A stretch of 62,611 bases of DNA, counting the filler, from Diploschistes diacapsis (Eukaryota), in the NCBI GenBank assembly GCA_023645945.1. It is 25 parts of 25 records of this genome, joined end to end, with 100 filler letters (N's around TTAATTAATTAA, not from the genome) between each part and the next. Parts side by side here need not be neighbours in the genome. Positions count along the whole stretch, not along the records: positions 49,300 to 50,877 come from JALAIB010002864.1; positions 50,978 to 52,555 come from JALAIB010002865.1; positions 52,656 to 54,233 come from JALAIB010002866.1; positions 54,334 to 55,910 come from JALAIB010002867.1; positions 56,011 to 57,587 come from JALAIB010002868.1; positions 57,688 to 59,262 come from JALAIB010002869.1; positions 59,363 to 60,937 come from JALAIB010002870.1; positions 61,038 to 62,611 come from JALAIB010002871.1; 17 more parts are not named here. One strand, 5' to 3'. Under the pieces are notes generated by a model. That model did no database searches, was not told the origin of the DNA, and saw only the letters and a program-made list of their open reading frames with translations. Shown here piece after piece: positions 49,772-62,611 of the stretch (within the stretch, counting starts at the first letter, position 1; every line of letters begins with the position of its first letter). A program made the translations under genes and the position numbers.

Positions 49772-50877
49772 GTCCTCGCCTCTTACTAATAAACTCGTCT
49801 ATCCGCAGAATCATACTTCTCGCGCATCCAAAGAAAAGCAGGAAGATAAATCTAATAAAAGAATAAAACTTATCATATATATTAAAAACAGAACTTAAGA
49901 TATCAATATCTCTTCCTACCAATCTAAATCGCATATACCTATTAATAATCAGACTCGCACTAAATCTTCATTAATAATAATATAATATTACTTAATACCG
50001 CTTTAACCTTCTTTTAAATTATGAATAAATTATTTTATAATTTTCGAACATGCTCGTAACGTTCTCAAGCCAGTTTACTAATATCCAGCTATTATATTCT
50101 AACGGCCAGCCCTTTTATTATACTTTATACTATAGGACCCCAGCTTTTAGTTTTTTATTCAATATTTTTTTTACCTTCCATTCTTCTTCATCGTCTATAA
50201 GATCTAAGGATAGGAAATATTCGCTATTATTAAGCTTATTTCTTGCGGTATAAAGCTCTAGGAGCGATACATGAAGTATAAAATGTATTTTATTATATTT
50301 AATTAATAATATTAATTTGTATATTTGCGATTTCGTTATTCTTATAATATAAAAAGGTCCAATATATCGATGCGATAATTTCTTACTCGATTTTCTTTGG
50401 TTTAAATTCTTTATGAATAATATTATTAGATCTTTAATTTTATAACTTTTAGGTTTATGTTTTTGATTAAAATATTTCTTTTATTATTCTTAAGCTTGTA
50501 TTAGGTTTTATTTAAGTTGTTGTTTTGTTATTAATATGCTTTAAACTCGTTCTGCGACAGCTGGTACCTCTTTTTCAATAATTTCGTTCTCGAAATTGAA
50601 AAAATTTAATTCTTTTTTATAAACTGCTTTAAAGGGGCTTATTCCTGTACTCGAATACTTATTAGAATTATATGCAAATTCTGTAGCTGATAATAGTTCA
50701 GGTTAGTTATTTTGTTGCTTTATGTAGTATATTCGTAGGTAATGTTTAAGCGTTTGATTCTATCGTTCGGTCTGATTATCGGTTTAAAGATAAAAAGTAA
50801 TACTTAGTTTCTACTTATTTTTATTTAATAACAGATTTCATTCTAATACGCGTTTATAAATAGCGATCTTTTATTTA
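49772..50877 (-). mobile_element. Ty3/gypsy integrase relic
   Basis: LS.TFY..TD.QTER.NQTL.HYLR.Y...QN...ELL...EFAYNS...SSTG.SPF. Confidence 0.82.
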
Positions 50878-50977
50878 NNNNNNNNNNNNNNNNNNNNNNN
50901 NNNNNNNNNNNNNNNNNNNNNTTAATTAATTAANNNNNNNNNNNNNNNNNNNNNNNNNNNNNNNNNNNNNNNNNNNN

Positions 50978-52555
50978 CTCCTCTCCCTCCACCCCCCAGA
51001 CCTCTCCAAGTACGAATCCATCCGCCGCCACCTGCACGCCAACCCGGAGCTCTCAACGCTGGAAACCGAGACCGCCGCCTTCGTGGCCGAGCACCTGCGC
51101 GGCCTGCAGGCCTTTGACGAGATACACACCGGCATCGGCGGGACCGGCGTGGTTGGGGTGATGCGGAACGGGGAAGGGCGGTGCGTGCTGCTGCGGGCGG
51201 ACATGGACGGGTTGCCGGTAAGGGAGAGGACGGGGCTGGAGTGGGCGAGTCGCAAGAGGATGAGGGATGTGTCTGGGGAGGTGAAGGATGTTATGTGAGG
51301 CATTTTTTTCTTTTGCGTCTTGTGGTTGGGAGGGTTTTGACTTCCCAGCCCTAGTTGTGTGGGTTTGTTAATGGCGTATTTGTTGGTTTTCATGTCTGGT
51401 TGTCTTTTTTCATCGTTTGCATCTGCTGTCTGTTTTTGGATTGTGAAGGAAGCAGAGCTTTTCTCGCCATGAGTAAGACGCGAATCATAAGACTCATTTT
51501 CCATTTCCCTACACGGACGTAACTACGATCCGTTTCAAAACTAGTCCGTTAAATTCAGCGGTTCTCGCACTGCTAACTCCAGAGTGTCATAGACTATCAC
51601 TGACCACATCCCCAGGCACGCTTGCGGCCATGACACCCACATAACTTCCCTCCTCGCCGCCTCCTCCCGCCTAGCCAGCATGCGTCCCCACTGGCAGGGC
51701 ACCCTAATCGTCCTCTTCCAGCCGGCGGAAGAGCACCTCGGCGGCGCCACGCGCATGGTCCGCGACGGGCTGTACACCAGGATCCCGATCCCGGACGTCC
51801 TGCTCGGGCAGCACGTCGTGCCCCAGCGCGCCGGCACCGTCGGTTTCGTGCCGGGCGTGCAGCTCTCCGCGGCGGACTCGCTGCTCGTCACGCTGCACGG
51901 CCACGGCGGCCACGCGTCGGAGCCCGCGCGCTGCATCGACCCCGTGCTGATGGCCGCCCACGCCACCGTGCGCCTGCAGGACGTCGTCGCGCGCGAGATC
52001 CAGCCGGGAAAAGACTTCGCCGTCGTCACCGTCGCCAGCATCCGCGCCGGCGACGCCGACAACATCATCCCCGACTCCGCCGCGCTCAAGATCAACGTCC
52101 GCACGACCGACGCTGCGGTCCGCGACCGCGTCCTGGCGGCCATCAAGCGCATCGTGCGCGCGGAGGCCGCGGCGTCCAATGCGCCCCAGGAGCCGGACTT
52201 CGACGTGCTGGGCTCGTTCCCCGTGACCGAGAACGACCCCGTGCTGGCAGCGGAGCTCGGAGAGACGTTCAAAAGCGTCTTCGGCGACGACTTCCGCCCG
52301 CAGGACTTCCCGCGTGCCAATGGCAGCGAGGACTTCTCGGATCTGGCGCGTGCGGTGGACAGGCCGTATGTTTTTTGGTTCTGGGGCGGGACGGATCCGG
52401 AGATGTTCGATGGGGATGAGATCAGGCAAGGGGGGTGGGATGGAGAAGGGAGGAAGGATGGGGAGAAGAAGAAAGAGGTGCCGACGAACCATAGCCCGTT
52501 TTTTGCGCCGGTTATGGAGCCGACGCTGCAGGTCGGGATCGATGCGATGACGGCG
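50978..52555 (+). CDS. Peptidase M20 amidohydrolase (hippurate hydrolase-like), partial at both ends, intron 51295-51615
   Basis: RRHLHANPELS..E, LLRADMDGLP, M|HACGHDTH, LFQPAEE, LGQHV, GHGGHAS.P, GSEDFS, NHSPFFAP. Confidence 0.93.
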
Positions 52556-52655
52556 NNNNNNNNNNNNNNNNNNNNNNNNNNNNNNNNNNNNNNNNNNNNT
52601 TAATTAATTAANNNNNNNNNNNNNNNNNNNNNNNNNNNNNNNNNNNNNNNNNNNN

Positions 52656-53632
52656 AGTTAGACCTGATCAGCTATAAAATACCAAATAACTACCACCTAA
52701 TCACTTGAATCGTAACATAATCGTCTTTATAAAAAAAACAATTATCTAATTTGTTATGATCTCTATCTATACAAAATATACACGAATAAGATTAAGATAA
52801 ATTTGGTTTCTATTAGAAAAGGAATGTAACAGAAAAAGAAAATAAAGCAATCATAGGTCTTAAACTATCTCTAGAAAGAAGGCTCTAAGATAATAAAGAT
52901 AACGAATATAAATTGATCTTAAATAATAATTAAAGATATTTATAAAAATAAATATATCAAAATTTAAAGAAATTATAATAGAGGTTCTTATATAACTAAT
53001 TATTTCCTAACGAAATAGATTAATAAATAAATAGAATTACCGTTCTCCCGTTCTATCTATAAAGAGTAAAATAGCCTTCAAGGCTTTTTATTCATCACGT
53101 GACCGATGTCACCATAATTAAACTATATACAAGGAATGGTTAGGTTAGGCCCGATCAGCTGTGAAGTGCCAAGTGACTGTTATGATCTCTATCTCTACAA
53201 GGTAGACACGAGGTATTGATCAAGGTGGGTTTAGTCTCGTTTAGAAGAAGAGTGTAAGTAGGAGAAGAAGTTAGAATAGTTATAGATCTTAAATTGTTTT
53301 TTGGAAAGAAGATTCTAGCGATAGAGATAATGAATATAGATTAATCTCGAGTAATAATTAAAGATATTTATAAAAGTAAACATATCAGAATTTATAGGAG
53401 TTATAACGACGTTTTTATATAGTTAATTACTCCCTTAGCGGAGTAGATTAGTAAATAAATAAAATTACCGTTCTTTCGTTTTATTTATAAAGGGTAAAAT
53501 AGCCTCTAAGGCTTTCTACTTATCACGTGACCAGCGTTATTATAATTAGACTATATACAAGGAATGGTTAGGTTAGGCCCGATCAGCTGTGAAGTGCCAA
53601 GTGGCTACCACCTAGTCACTTGGATCGTAACA
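52656..53632 (-). mobile_element. Three LTR A copies: 52656-52717 (partial), 52752-53177 (truncated) and 53178-53632
   Basis: Repeated TGTTATGATC starts and ATCGTAACA ends; the last copy abuts inside the previous one. Confidence 0.88.
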
Positions 53633-54233
53633 TTCGTCCATACGACAGCTTCTTTAAAAAGTTTTATTAAATATATCTATATTTTTTAAATAATCGTACC
53701 TTTCTTAAGTTTATAATTAGCGAACTCAAGATTCAGTTAACGACGTTTAAGTTCAATAATCGCCTAGTATTTTGCTTATAGAGAATCCCATCTAGCTTTC
53801 GTAATAAATAAACTACGAAAACGTTCTTAATCGATCTCCTCTATATAGATTATAATCTGATAGTTTACTTTAAATTGATCTTTCTTCCACCGTTTAGGTA
53901 TTTTGTCCAAAACTAAACCTAAACCGGTAGAAATAGATGATATGGAGTTATCTGGGGTGACTATAGTAAACGATGGTGGTTAATTATCAAGAACGTAATT
54001 TACCTCTTTATTTTCAAGATATATGCGTATGAATTCGAATCATTATTATTAATTCTCTTATTTTAAAACAGGGGCAACCCGCTTCTTGGATAAGATGTCA
54101 TCCATCTTATTACTATTTTCGTAAATAAAGAAGATTTGTTAAATGAATGACTCGTAATTAATAAGTAATTGATAAATGATATAAAAGGTAATTCTCTGTA
54201 ATAAAAATAAATGTAATCGAAAGGTTTAATAAG
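53633..54233 (-). mobile_element. Ty1/copia leader and gag start
   Basis: ATG at 54105: MDDILSKKRVAPVLK...; homologous to 1-400. Confidence 0.7.
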
Positions 54234-54333
54234 NNNNNNNNNNNNNNNNNNNNNNNNNNNNNNNNNNNNNNNNNNNNTTAATTAATTAANNNNNNNNNNN
54301 NNNNNNNNNNNNNNNNNNNNNNNNNNNNNNNNN

Positions 54334-55447
54334 ATAAAAACCCGAATTATTAACCTTTCCGACTAATCGGCTTATTCTAATATTAATCGATTATAAAGCC
54401 CTCGAATATTTCATTACGAACAAATAATTAAACCGTAAGTAAACCCGATAAGTAGAATTCCTATCATAATTCAATTTTAAGATTCAATACCGCCCCGGGA
54501 TAAAGAACGTAAAGATCGATCTATTTATAAAAAAATTTAATACGAACGAAACCCCGAGGGCCAAAAAGGATCCTTATATATAATAGACGTTGATTAAACC
54601 CGAACAGCTTTTCGAGAAAATTAAGCGGGACTTAAACATATACGCCTTAAACGAGGAGAAAGATTAGGTTCCCGGGATACTAAAAACGGCCACGAAAAAA
54701 CCGGATTTTATCGAAATACCTATATTTATTATTAAAGCAGTTCCCGCGGATTTAACCTCGACGATAACTAAAAAAATAAGAAACGCCAACGGACGGAATT
54801 AAGCATTTAACGAAATCAAGGCCAGGTTAAACGAAGATAAAACCACGGAATCCCTTCACGATTACCGCCTAGACGCTTATAGAACGGACGGGACCCTATT
54901 ATAAGCTAGCGATAAGCTCGTCGTCCCGAAAAATCGAATTACTTATATTATTTAATCGATTTATTACGATAGAAAAATAAAACACGTCGAGATCGATAAA
55001 ACCTTTCGAATAATTAAAAATAACTTTATATTTCTTTAAATAAAAGCTATCATCGCCCGATTCATTCGGAATTGCCACGATTGCCGCCGAGTAAAATTAA
55101 CGACCCAAACTTCTTAAAGGTTTTAAAAACCATTACCCGTTTTCGAGAAACCGTGGATAGACATTTTAATAGATTTCGTAATCGGGTTCCCCGAGGACTC
55201 GGAATAGAATAACATTATTATAATAATAGTATACCGCTTATTAAAAGAAAGGCATTATATCCCTTATAAAGCAGAAAATAAGAATATAGGGGCTAAAATA
55301 ATGATCTAATTATTTTATAAATATATATAAAAACATCACGGCCTACCATTAATCATTATCTCCGATAAAGGGACCTACTACGTCAGCCAGCTATAATAAT
55401 ACCTATGCGAGATATTATACATCCGCCTTAAGCTGTCAACGGCCTTT
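54334..55447 (+). mobile_element. Ty3/gypsy RNase H-integrase relic
   Basis: DYKALEYF..K.LNR...EFLS.FNFKIQYRPG, RFIRNCHDC, PLPV.EKPW.DI..DFV, IISDKG, LKLSTAF. Confidence 0.88.
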
Positions 55448-55901
55448 TGTTACGATCCAAGGTACTGTTCGGCAGTACTTGGCGCGCAATAGCTGATCGG
55501 GCACTTCCTAGCCACTCCTTATATATAGTCCAATCAGGGTAACACGGGTCACGTGATGAATAAAAGGTTTTAAAGACTATTTTATCCAGTCGTGGGTAGA
55601 AAGGGAGAACGGTAATTCTATTTATTTATTTATTTATTTTATTAAGGGAGCTGTTGGTTATATAAGAACGTCGCCATAACCTTTATAAATCTAAGACGTG
55701 TTTATTTTTATAGATATCCTTAACGATTACTCGGGATCAATTTATATTCGTTATTTTTATCATTTTAGAACCTTCTTTTTAGAGATAGTCCAAGATCTAT
55801 AATTATTCTATTTTTTTCTTTTATCATACTTTTCTTTTAATAGAAATCAAATCCACCTTAATCCTACTCGTGTATATCTTGTATAAATAGAGATTATAAC
55901 A
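55448..55901 (+). mobile_element. 5' LTR family A
   Basis: TGTTACGATC...ATAACA followed by a CTTGAAC leader as at 48714. Confidence 0.88.
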
Positions 55902-56656
55902 CTTGAACACNNNNNNNNNNNNNNNNNNNNNNNNNNNNNNNNNNNNNNNNNNNNTTAATTAATTAANNNNNNNNNNNNNNNNNNNNNNNNNNNNNNNNNN
56001 NNNNNNNNNNATCGTATATAAAATTATAATTTTAATATTAATTATCGTATAAAACATATTCGTAGTATCGTTTAAACGTTATATTTATAATTAATTTACC
56101 GTATAAGACATATTTCTCGTTTTAATATACTGAATATTCGTAACGGAAATCTTTATATTCGTCTAAATATTCGTAATTTAGATAATTCCGATCGTTAATA
56201 ACAAGAACTTTTTTTTAAAAGTATTCTTTCTTAATAATAATACGGTTATTAATACGAAATTTATATAATACGTTTTCGTTTAGATTATTGTTTAAAGGTT
56301 TTCGGGTATTTAATTTAACGTTAAGAATTAAATAACATATTTATATTTTCGCGAATAATTATTTTATCGTTTTTTTATATTCCGTTATATCTTTCGAAAT
56401 ATCGTTATTTTTTTAAAATCTCGTAAATTAATGTTAAAATTAATAAAAACGTGATTTTAATATTTTTATTAATAGATTCGTCGGTGTTGTTTTATTAAAT
56501 TATGTTATTTAATTTAATTATAATTTTTTTTAAAGCTGTTCGTCCGTTAAATAGTTCTTTATAAGGTTAAACGTAGTTACGTTAAGTTATAGGATGATCG
56601 CCTCGAAAATATCTTTTTTATAGATCGTGTTCTTGTTTTTATAATCTCGAGCGAAT

Positions 56657-57322
56657 TGAAACGCCAGCGCAGGAAAGGATGCTACTCTACCGGGGGCTGG
56701 GCCTGATCCGGAAGGATTAGGTGTAGCTTGGGCATCTGCAGGTAAAAGGTTTCGATTCGAAAAGCTGAAGAAGAAACTATTTAAGTAGGAGGAGGGCACC
56801 GTTAAGTAGTATAGATGCCAGATCTACCGGGATTCGGGGATTACCCATCTACACAGCCACCTCTTAACCCTGCCGTGGCTTGGCAAGCCCCTGGGCACTA
56901 ACCCTGCCGTGGCTTGGCAGGCACCTGGGCACTAACCCTGCCGTGGCTTGGCAGGCACCTGGGCATTAACCCTGCCGTGGCTTGGCAGGCCACTGGGCTG
57001 GGCTGTCTCATTACCTTCTTCTCCAGATGCTTGTGTCTCTTATAAGCGCGATGTTCTTTTTTAGTTAATCTTTATGTCGATCTTTATTTCTTTTTCTGAT
57101 TTATTTAAAAGGATACCCGTTGTTCTTTCGTAATAAATGTTTCTATTTCTTTGAATTTCTTTTAGCGTCGTTTTTAATTAAATACGCTTTTAGATTTTAT
57201 AAGAAAATATAGTCGTCGTGATAATCGATATCGCTTTATCTTAAAGGTTCGTTCCCGTCTATAGTTTTTGTTGGCGTAGGTTACCTGTTTTCGGGTATTG
57301 TAATTTACGGGGGTCTTATCTT
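56657..57322 (-). mobile_element. LTR family B variant (to ~57088) plus internal flank
   Basis: TGAAACGCCAGCGCAGG start; flank shared with 42365-42483. Confidence 0.75.
56866..56997. repeat. 34-bp tandem repeat x4 inside LTR B
   Basis: AACCCTGCCGTGGCTTGGCAGGCACCTGGGCACT units start at 56866, 56900, 56934 and 56968. Confidence 0.95.
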
Positions 57323-57587
57323 TGTTATGATCTCTATCTCTACAAGGTAGACACGAGGTATTGATCAAGGTGGGTTTGATCTCGTTTAGAAGAGGAGTGC
57401 AAGCAGGAAAAGAAGATAGAGTAGTTATAGATCTTAGACTATTTCTAAAAAAAAAGCTTTTTAAAAATAAAAATAATAAATATAAATTGATCTCGAGTAA
57501 TAATTAAAGATATCTATAAAAATAAACATGCCCTAAATTTACGAAAATCATAACGACGTTTTTATATAATTAATAACTCTTTTAATA
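57323..57587 (-). mobile_element. LTR family A, partial
   Basis: TGTTATGATCTCTATCTCTACAAGG start. Confidence 0.85.
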
Positions 57588-59396
57588 NNNNNNNNNNNNN
57601 NNNNNNNNNNNNNNNNNNNNNNNNNNNNNNNTTAATTAATTAANNNNNNNNNNNNNNNNNNNNNNNNNNNNNNNNNNNNNNNNNNNNTTCGTAACTCCGA
57701 TTTTAACATAAGTTATTAACAGTTCGGAAATAATGTATTTAATATATTTAAAATATTAATATGGTTTTATTTATGTCGGTAACATGCTTTCCTATAAGCC
57801 TATTAATAGAATTAAATAAGAATAATGAAGAACTCGTTTTTTGAATATTTAAAAGAAAAGCAGGTAATTCATAAGTAAAACCGATTTTAAAAGTAACGAT
57901 TTTGGCATTATTAATATCGTTATTAATCATAGATTCTAAGGTAGCGGTGTTTTTAGGCAAACGATTAATAGGCACGAAACATAGGTACGAAACGGATATA
58001 TTAAAACCCGGTTAGAAGTTAAGATCCGGAAACGATTAAAAAGGCGAGATAATAGGCTTTATTACGAATTCTATTAGAAGCGTGGTAACAGTCGATAAAG
58101 GACTAAAAGAGTTAGGGTTAAGCATAGGTAAAGAAATGATTAATATATATCGCTTACGCGGCCTGCCACGGCGTTAAAGACGGATAATAGATTCTTTTTT
58201 TACCGTTTATATAAGCTTCTTTATAAACGTATCGCCTTTAATCGAGGATATCGTTAGGGACGTATTAAAGGCTTATTTGAACGTATTAAAGATATATTTT
58301 AATATTTTAATTAAGAAGGTGTAAAGAACGAAACATTAATAATAACGAGAAGCAAAAGCGGACGACGAACGAAAAATAAGAACGAACGACGATAATAATT
58401 CGCTGATAGGATTTATAGCATGAATTAAAGGAATAAAAATTAAAAGATAAAGAAGTAAGATATAAAAGTATTATAAACAAGATAAAGATATTATAATAAA
58501 ATTAATATCTAAATAAGGACATTATTAATTTAATAAATATTTAATTTATAAATAATTAACGTCGATATTAAAATTCATTTATATTATAATTAATTATTAA
58601 TAAACTTTAGAATATGTATATAAAAGCGAGAATAAATTCGATTTATATAAGGGATCGAGATGGTAACGATATAGATCGAGTTAATCATTTAGCCTATTTT
58701 AATAAATAAAGAGAAGATTATGAAGGTAATTCTAAGGGACCAGAACAAGAAAGGAAGAAATAATTGGAAAATTAAGCAAGAAGCATGCCAAGAGTCGGAC
58801 AAGCGGTACTCAGGGTCTTGGCTTGCGGGTACTTGAAGGGGGATTTTGCCTTTCTTACTCTCTCCTCTTCTTTAGTAATTAGTCCTAGCATGAATCTGCC
58901 CTGCGTACAGCCATCTTGCCACATTGTCGTATTCCACCCTTAACATAATACGTGAACTTAAATCTAAATCTAAATTTATTAAACCGAATACATCATTAAA
59001 GCTTCTTACGTTAATAACGAGTATTGAACACGCCATTAATAATTTAATTACGTATATAATATCTATTAACGCCATATTAATAACGTTTAATATACAGGAT
59101 TTCTAAATAATAAATAACACGAACGACGTTTTAATAATTATAAATATTTAAGATATTAAAAAGTTATATAACATGAATGCCGTTATTAATAAACGATAGC
59201 GAGATATCGAATAATTTTTATTAATTAAAATATGAAGAAGTTATATAACGCTTATAATTAATNNNNNNNNNNNNNNNNNNNNNNNNNNNNNNNNNNNNNN
59301 NNNNNNTTAATTAATTAANNNNNNNNNNNNNNNNNNNNNNNNNNNNNNNNNNNNNNNNNNNNATTTCGAATCTATTATTTCCGTATTTATTGTTTT

Positions 59397-59772
59397 TGTT
59401 TGGCAACGTAATGGATATATTGAAGTCTAGAGGTCTTATCTAGGGAATAATCCTACTTTGCAGACTTTTATACCCCACGGGACTCGTTAAGCCCTACTAC
59501 CCATATTACACCTGATCGGTCTAATCAGGATTTTATCGGATTTTATAAGGAATAACTAAACTGAACTAAACTGGACCTCGATAAGTTTTTTTAAACTGAA
59601 CTTCCCGGATTCTTTTAATAAACCTTTTAAAATAAATTAAGTTTATTACCATATTTTCCGTCTATTTACTGAATACTTTTTTATAAAAGAAGTTATTTAG
59701 TATATTAGTTCAATTAAATATCTTTAAATTAGGATCGATTGTTTTTCAAAAAACATTACATTTCGAGTAATA
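59397..59772 (+). mobile_element. LTR-like family C
   Basis: TGTTTGGCAACGTAATGGATATATTGAAGTCTAGAGG start. Confidence 0.72.
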
Positions 59773-60175
59773 TGTCAGAATACTAACTTAAATAGGTTAT
59801 TTAGATTGTTTACTAAGCTTTCTAGCATGTTCGAATATTCTAGAAGGCTCTAGAAGGTTCTAGAATATTCTAGAACATAATAGAACATCATCGAATATTC
59901 TAGAATATTCGGCTTACTAATGCATGGAATGATTTAGAAGGATAAGGAACATTCTAGATTAAATTATTACTAATCACACTAGCGTGAAATGTGCCTATAA
60001 AAGGCCTCTCACCCTCCATCGTTCTTAGTTATAACCTTGAACCTCTTCAATATAATCATTGAACAATAGTCAGCTACCAGGCTAGGCAGGCTAGGAATAT
60101 TTCCTAGTTAGGACTAGCTGCAGAACACACTCTTAGTCATCAGTTATCTATTAGGAACTTCCACCACTTTCAACA
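59773..60175 (+). mobile_element. Solo LTR family D (403 bp) with TAATA flanks
   Basis: TGTCAG...TCAACA termini, TATA box, 5-bp TAATA on both sides. Confidence 0.82.
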
Positions 60176-60460
60176 TAATATAATAACGTCGTAAACGTCG
60201 TAATCCCGTTAACGATCTTTTCGTAATTTTATTTTATATAACTTTTTAATCCGACAATATAAAAAAAAAAATAATATATCTTAAATATAGAATATCGAAA
60301 TCTGAAAGTATTTTCTTCCAACTTTATTAACCGTCGGCCACTATCATTTAATTCGGACTGATTGTATGGAATAAAAGCCCTTAGAATGTTATGATCTGCT
60401 ATATTTTTTAAATAATAAAGGTTTAGTATTTAAATAAAGTATTTTTTCCCCGATTTTAAT

Positions 60461-60641
60461 TGTAACAGATAGCTGTGACACTCCTCCGGGCGAGCGGAGG
60501 AACTCAGCCCTAGCGCCGCGCCAAGGCCGCAGGTCCACATAACAGGAGTTTTAACAGAGGGATCTCCTCTTTTCTTCTCTAGAGATTAGTTCAAGAATAT
60601 TATGACCATTACTATCACACTACTGCATCTTATCTTTTACA
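60461..60641. mobile_element. Short solo LTR (family E, 181 bp) inserted in a copia protease region
   Basis: TGTAA...TTACA termini and TTAAT/TCAAT 5-bp duplication. The joined flanks match the uninterrupted copy at 40120-40170. Confidence 0.8.
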
Positions 60642-61056
60642 TCAATTCGTCGTTTCCGAATAGGAGTTAAACATTTAAATAAATGAATGAATTAATTAAT
60701 TAATTATAATTAAGGTTTGGATTCAGATTCAATATTGATTTTTAAACTTTTATTGTTTAAACTTTTTATCTTATAAACGCGTTTATTTTTATTTTTTATT
60801 TATTGCGGATGTCTCGGGATTTCTTTTCTCGTTTTTTATTCTTTACCGCGATAATTGCTGAGCAGACAGGCAGAAGGCATGGCTGGGAGTTTGACTGAGT
60901 TCCAGTCGGGGGTTCAGTTCAGCTGAACCTCCTAGGANNNNNNNNNNNNNNNNNNNNNNNNNNNNNNNNNNNNNNNNNNNNTTAATTAATTAANNNNNNN
61001 NNNNNNNNNNNNNNNNNNNNNNNNNNNNNNNNNNNNNTAATAAAAATGATTGGCCT

Positions 61057-61210
61057 CGCCGGTTTCGCCAGGTTTCGCCTGTTTCGCGGGTTTCGCCAGT
61101 TTCGCCGGTTTCGCGGGTTTCGCCAGTTTAGCCGGTTTCGCCACGTTTCGCCAAACGTTTTGGCGAAAGCTGGCGAAATGGGCGAAACCCGCGAAACAGG
61201 CACTTTCGCC
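61057..61210. repeat. 9-bp GTTTCGCCN tandem array with an inverted block
   Basis: About 10 forward units, then 4 inverted units of the GGCGAAA type, then one forward unit. Confidence 0.9.
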
Positions 61211-61499
61211 AAAAAAAAATTTTTGCTTGAAAAACTTTTCGTGATGATCCGACGCGAATAAAAACTTTTAAAAAAAAGATTAATCAATCCGATTCGAAAA
61301 ACTAGACATCGCGGTTTATAATAAAGCGATAACCCGCGATTTATTAAAAGTTTTATTTTTTTTAAGCTACGCCAAGTAAAGCCAGAAATACACTACTAAA
61401 CTAATATCGACGCACTTCGAAGCTTATAAACCGTAAAAAAATATTTAATTTCTTATAAATTCTAGGCGACGAAAATTATTAAATACCGATCTGTTTAAA

Positions 61500-62611
61500 T
61501 TTTAATAAAGCACGATTAAACGTCCAATTATTAATAGATTTAAGAATAGATATTTGTTATATATCTAAAAAAATCGTAAAAAGAATTAATAGAAATTATT
61601 AAAAACGAACAGTCTTTATCGATATAAATACGCCTAATGAGCCAATTTAATCGATAACAACCTTTACGATCCCAATAATTATAAAAAAATTTCGAACGAT
61701 ACTTACGACTCGAATAATACTTCTTAATAATTATAATAATATATTAAGATTAAATTAACTCGAATCGATTAATCTAACCATTAATTAGATTATTAAATAA
61801 ATCATTATTCGAAATTAAAAAATAAGTAAATCTATCGCTATTATATCGGGTAAACGTCGCCGAATATTTGATTTAAGATTCTTTAACGTTACTATTAAGC
61901 GCGAAATGAATCGAATAATAAAGAAACCTTCATCTTAAACAATAATAATGGCGATTAAGAAAGTCCCGGATCGAACAAAATCTAACAAAATCCTTACGAT
62001 CCGTAACGAGAAACTTCGGAAAATAATAAAAAATTTCGCAAAAATTTTCAGATCTAAACTTCCAAAAAAACTTCCCTTAACGCGCGTCGTCAATCATATT
62101 ATCGACACAAAAAATACGAAACTAATTAATATTAATACGTATCCATTATCTATTAAGAAATTAGACGAACAGGCTCGACAAATAACGGACCTACTTGAAA
62201 AGGATTTATTAAAAGAATTTACTAATTTATAGAAATTTCCGATTATATTTATTAAAAAAGCCAACGAATCATAACGAATATATATTAATTATCGAACTTT
62301 AAATAAGATTATTAAAAAAAACATTTATCCGTTACCTCAAATCGACGAATATTTCCATCATATCAGATCGACTTAAATAATCTTTAAGTTCGATTTAACG
62401 TTTAAATTCTATTAAATTCTAATAAAATCGGATTTAATCGTTAAAACCGCTTTTATCACGCGTTACGATAAATCGAATTTTTAAATATATCGTTTGAACT
62501 TATGAATGCCCCCGTTATCTTTTAGACGTTAATAAATGGTATATTCCGAAAACATAACGTTTATTATATCGTAAATTTAGACGATATTTTAGTATTCTCG
62601 GATTCAATCGA
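61500..62611 (+). mobile_element. Ty3/gypsy pol (protease-RT) relic
   Basis: LPKKLP..R...H.ID, PIIF.KK......R...NYR.LN....KN.YPLP.IDE, KTAF.TRY, NAP..F, VNLDDILVFS. Confidence 0.88.

Noticed and set aside
50978..52555. GC-rich amidohydrolase as bacterial contamination or recent transfer
   Set aside because: It has a spliceosomal intron with a CTGAC branch motif and the same skew pattern as other host genes.
1..62611. tRNA and rRNA genes
   Set aside because: None recognised by eye. tRNAscan-SE and Rfam were not run.

Overview
Filamentous ascomycete (Pezizomycotina) DNA. The window is not one locus: it is 25 contigs joined by 24 artificial 100-nt linkers (44 N + TTAATTAATTAA + 44 N). One gene-rich 22.3-kb contig (3377-25659) carries intron-containing QCR6, SRP40, SEC3, SEC27 and myosin light chain (cdc4/MLC1) genes, a PrnX/ornithine-cyclodeaminase-family gene, a small secreted protein, an orphan membrane protein and a multiply broken Stealth-family (Xpt1-like) pseudogene. 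Two 1.58-kb GC-rich contigs hold partial DUF3984 and M20 amidohydrolase genes. One contig (1689-3276) is unassigned. The other ~1.58-kb contigs are AT-rich, RIP-mutated nests of transposons: Ty3/gypsy chromoviruses, Ty1/copia, a Tad-like LINE, Fot1/pogo ends, a pogo MITE and about six LTR families. The most unusual structure is a ~0.5-kb non-autonomous element (10 copies or fragments) with (TA)GGCTGGCCGT termini, a hexamer-based 72-bp higher-order repeat and a subterminal palindrome. Other points of interest are CpG-sparing RIP, C-rich to G-rich skew-flip islands in genes, and a GC-AG intron. All family assignments come from motif recognition by eye; no searches were run.
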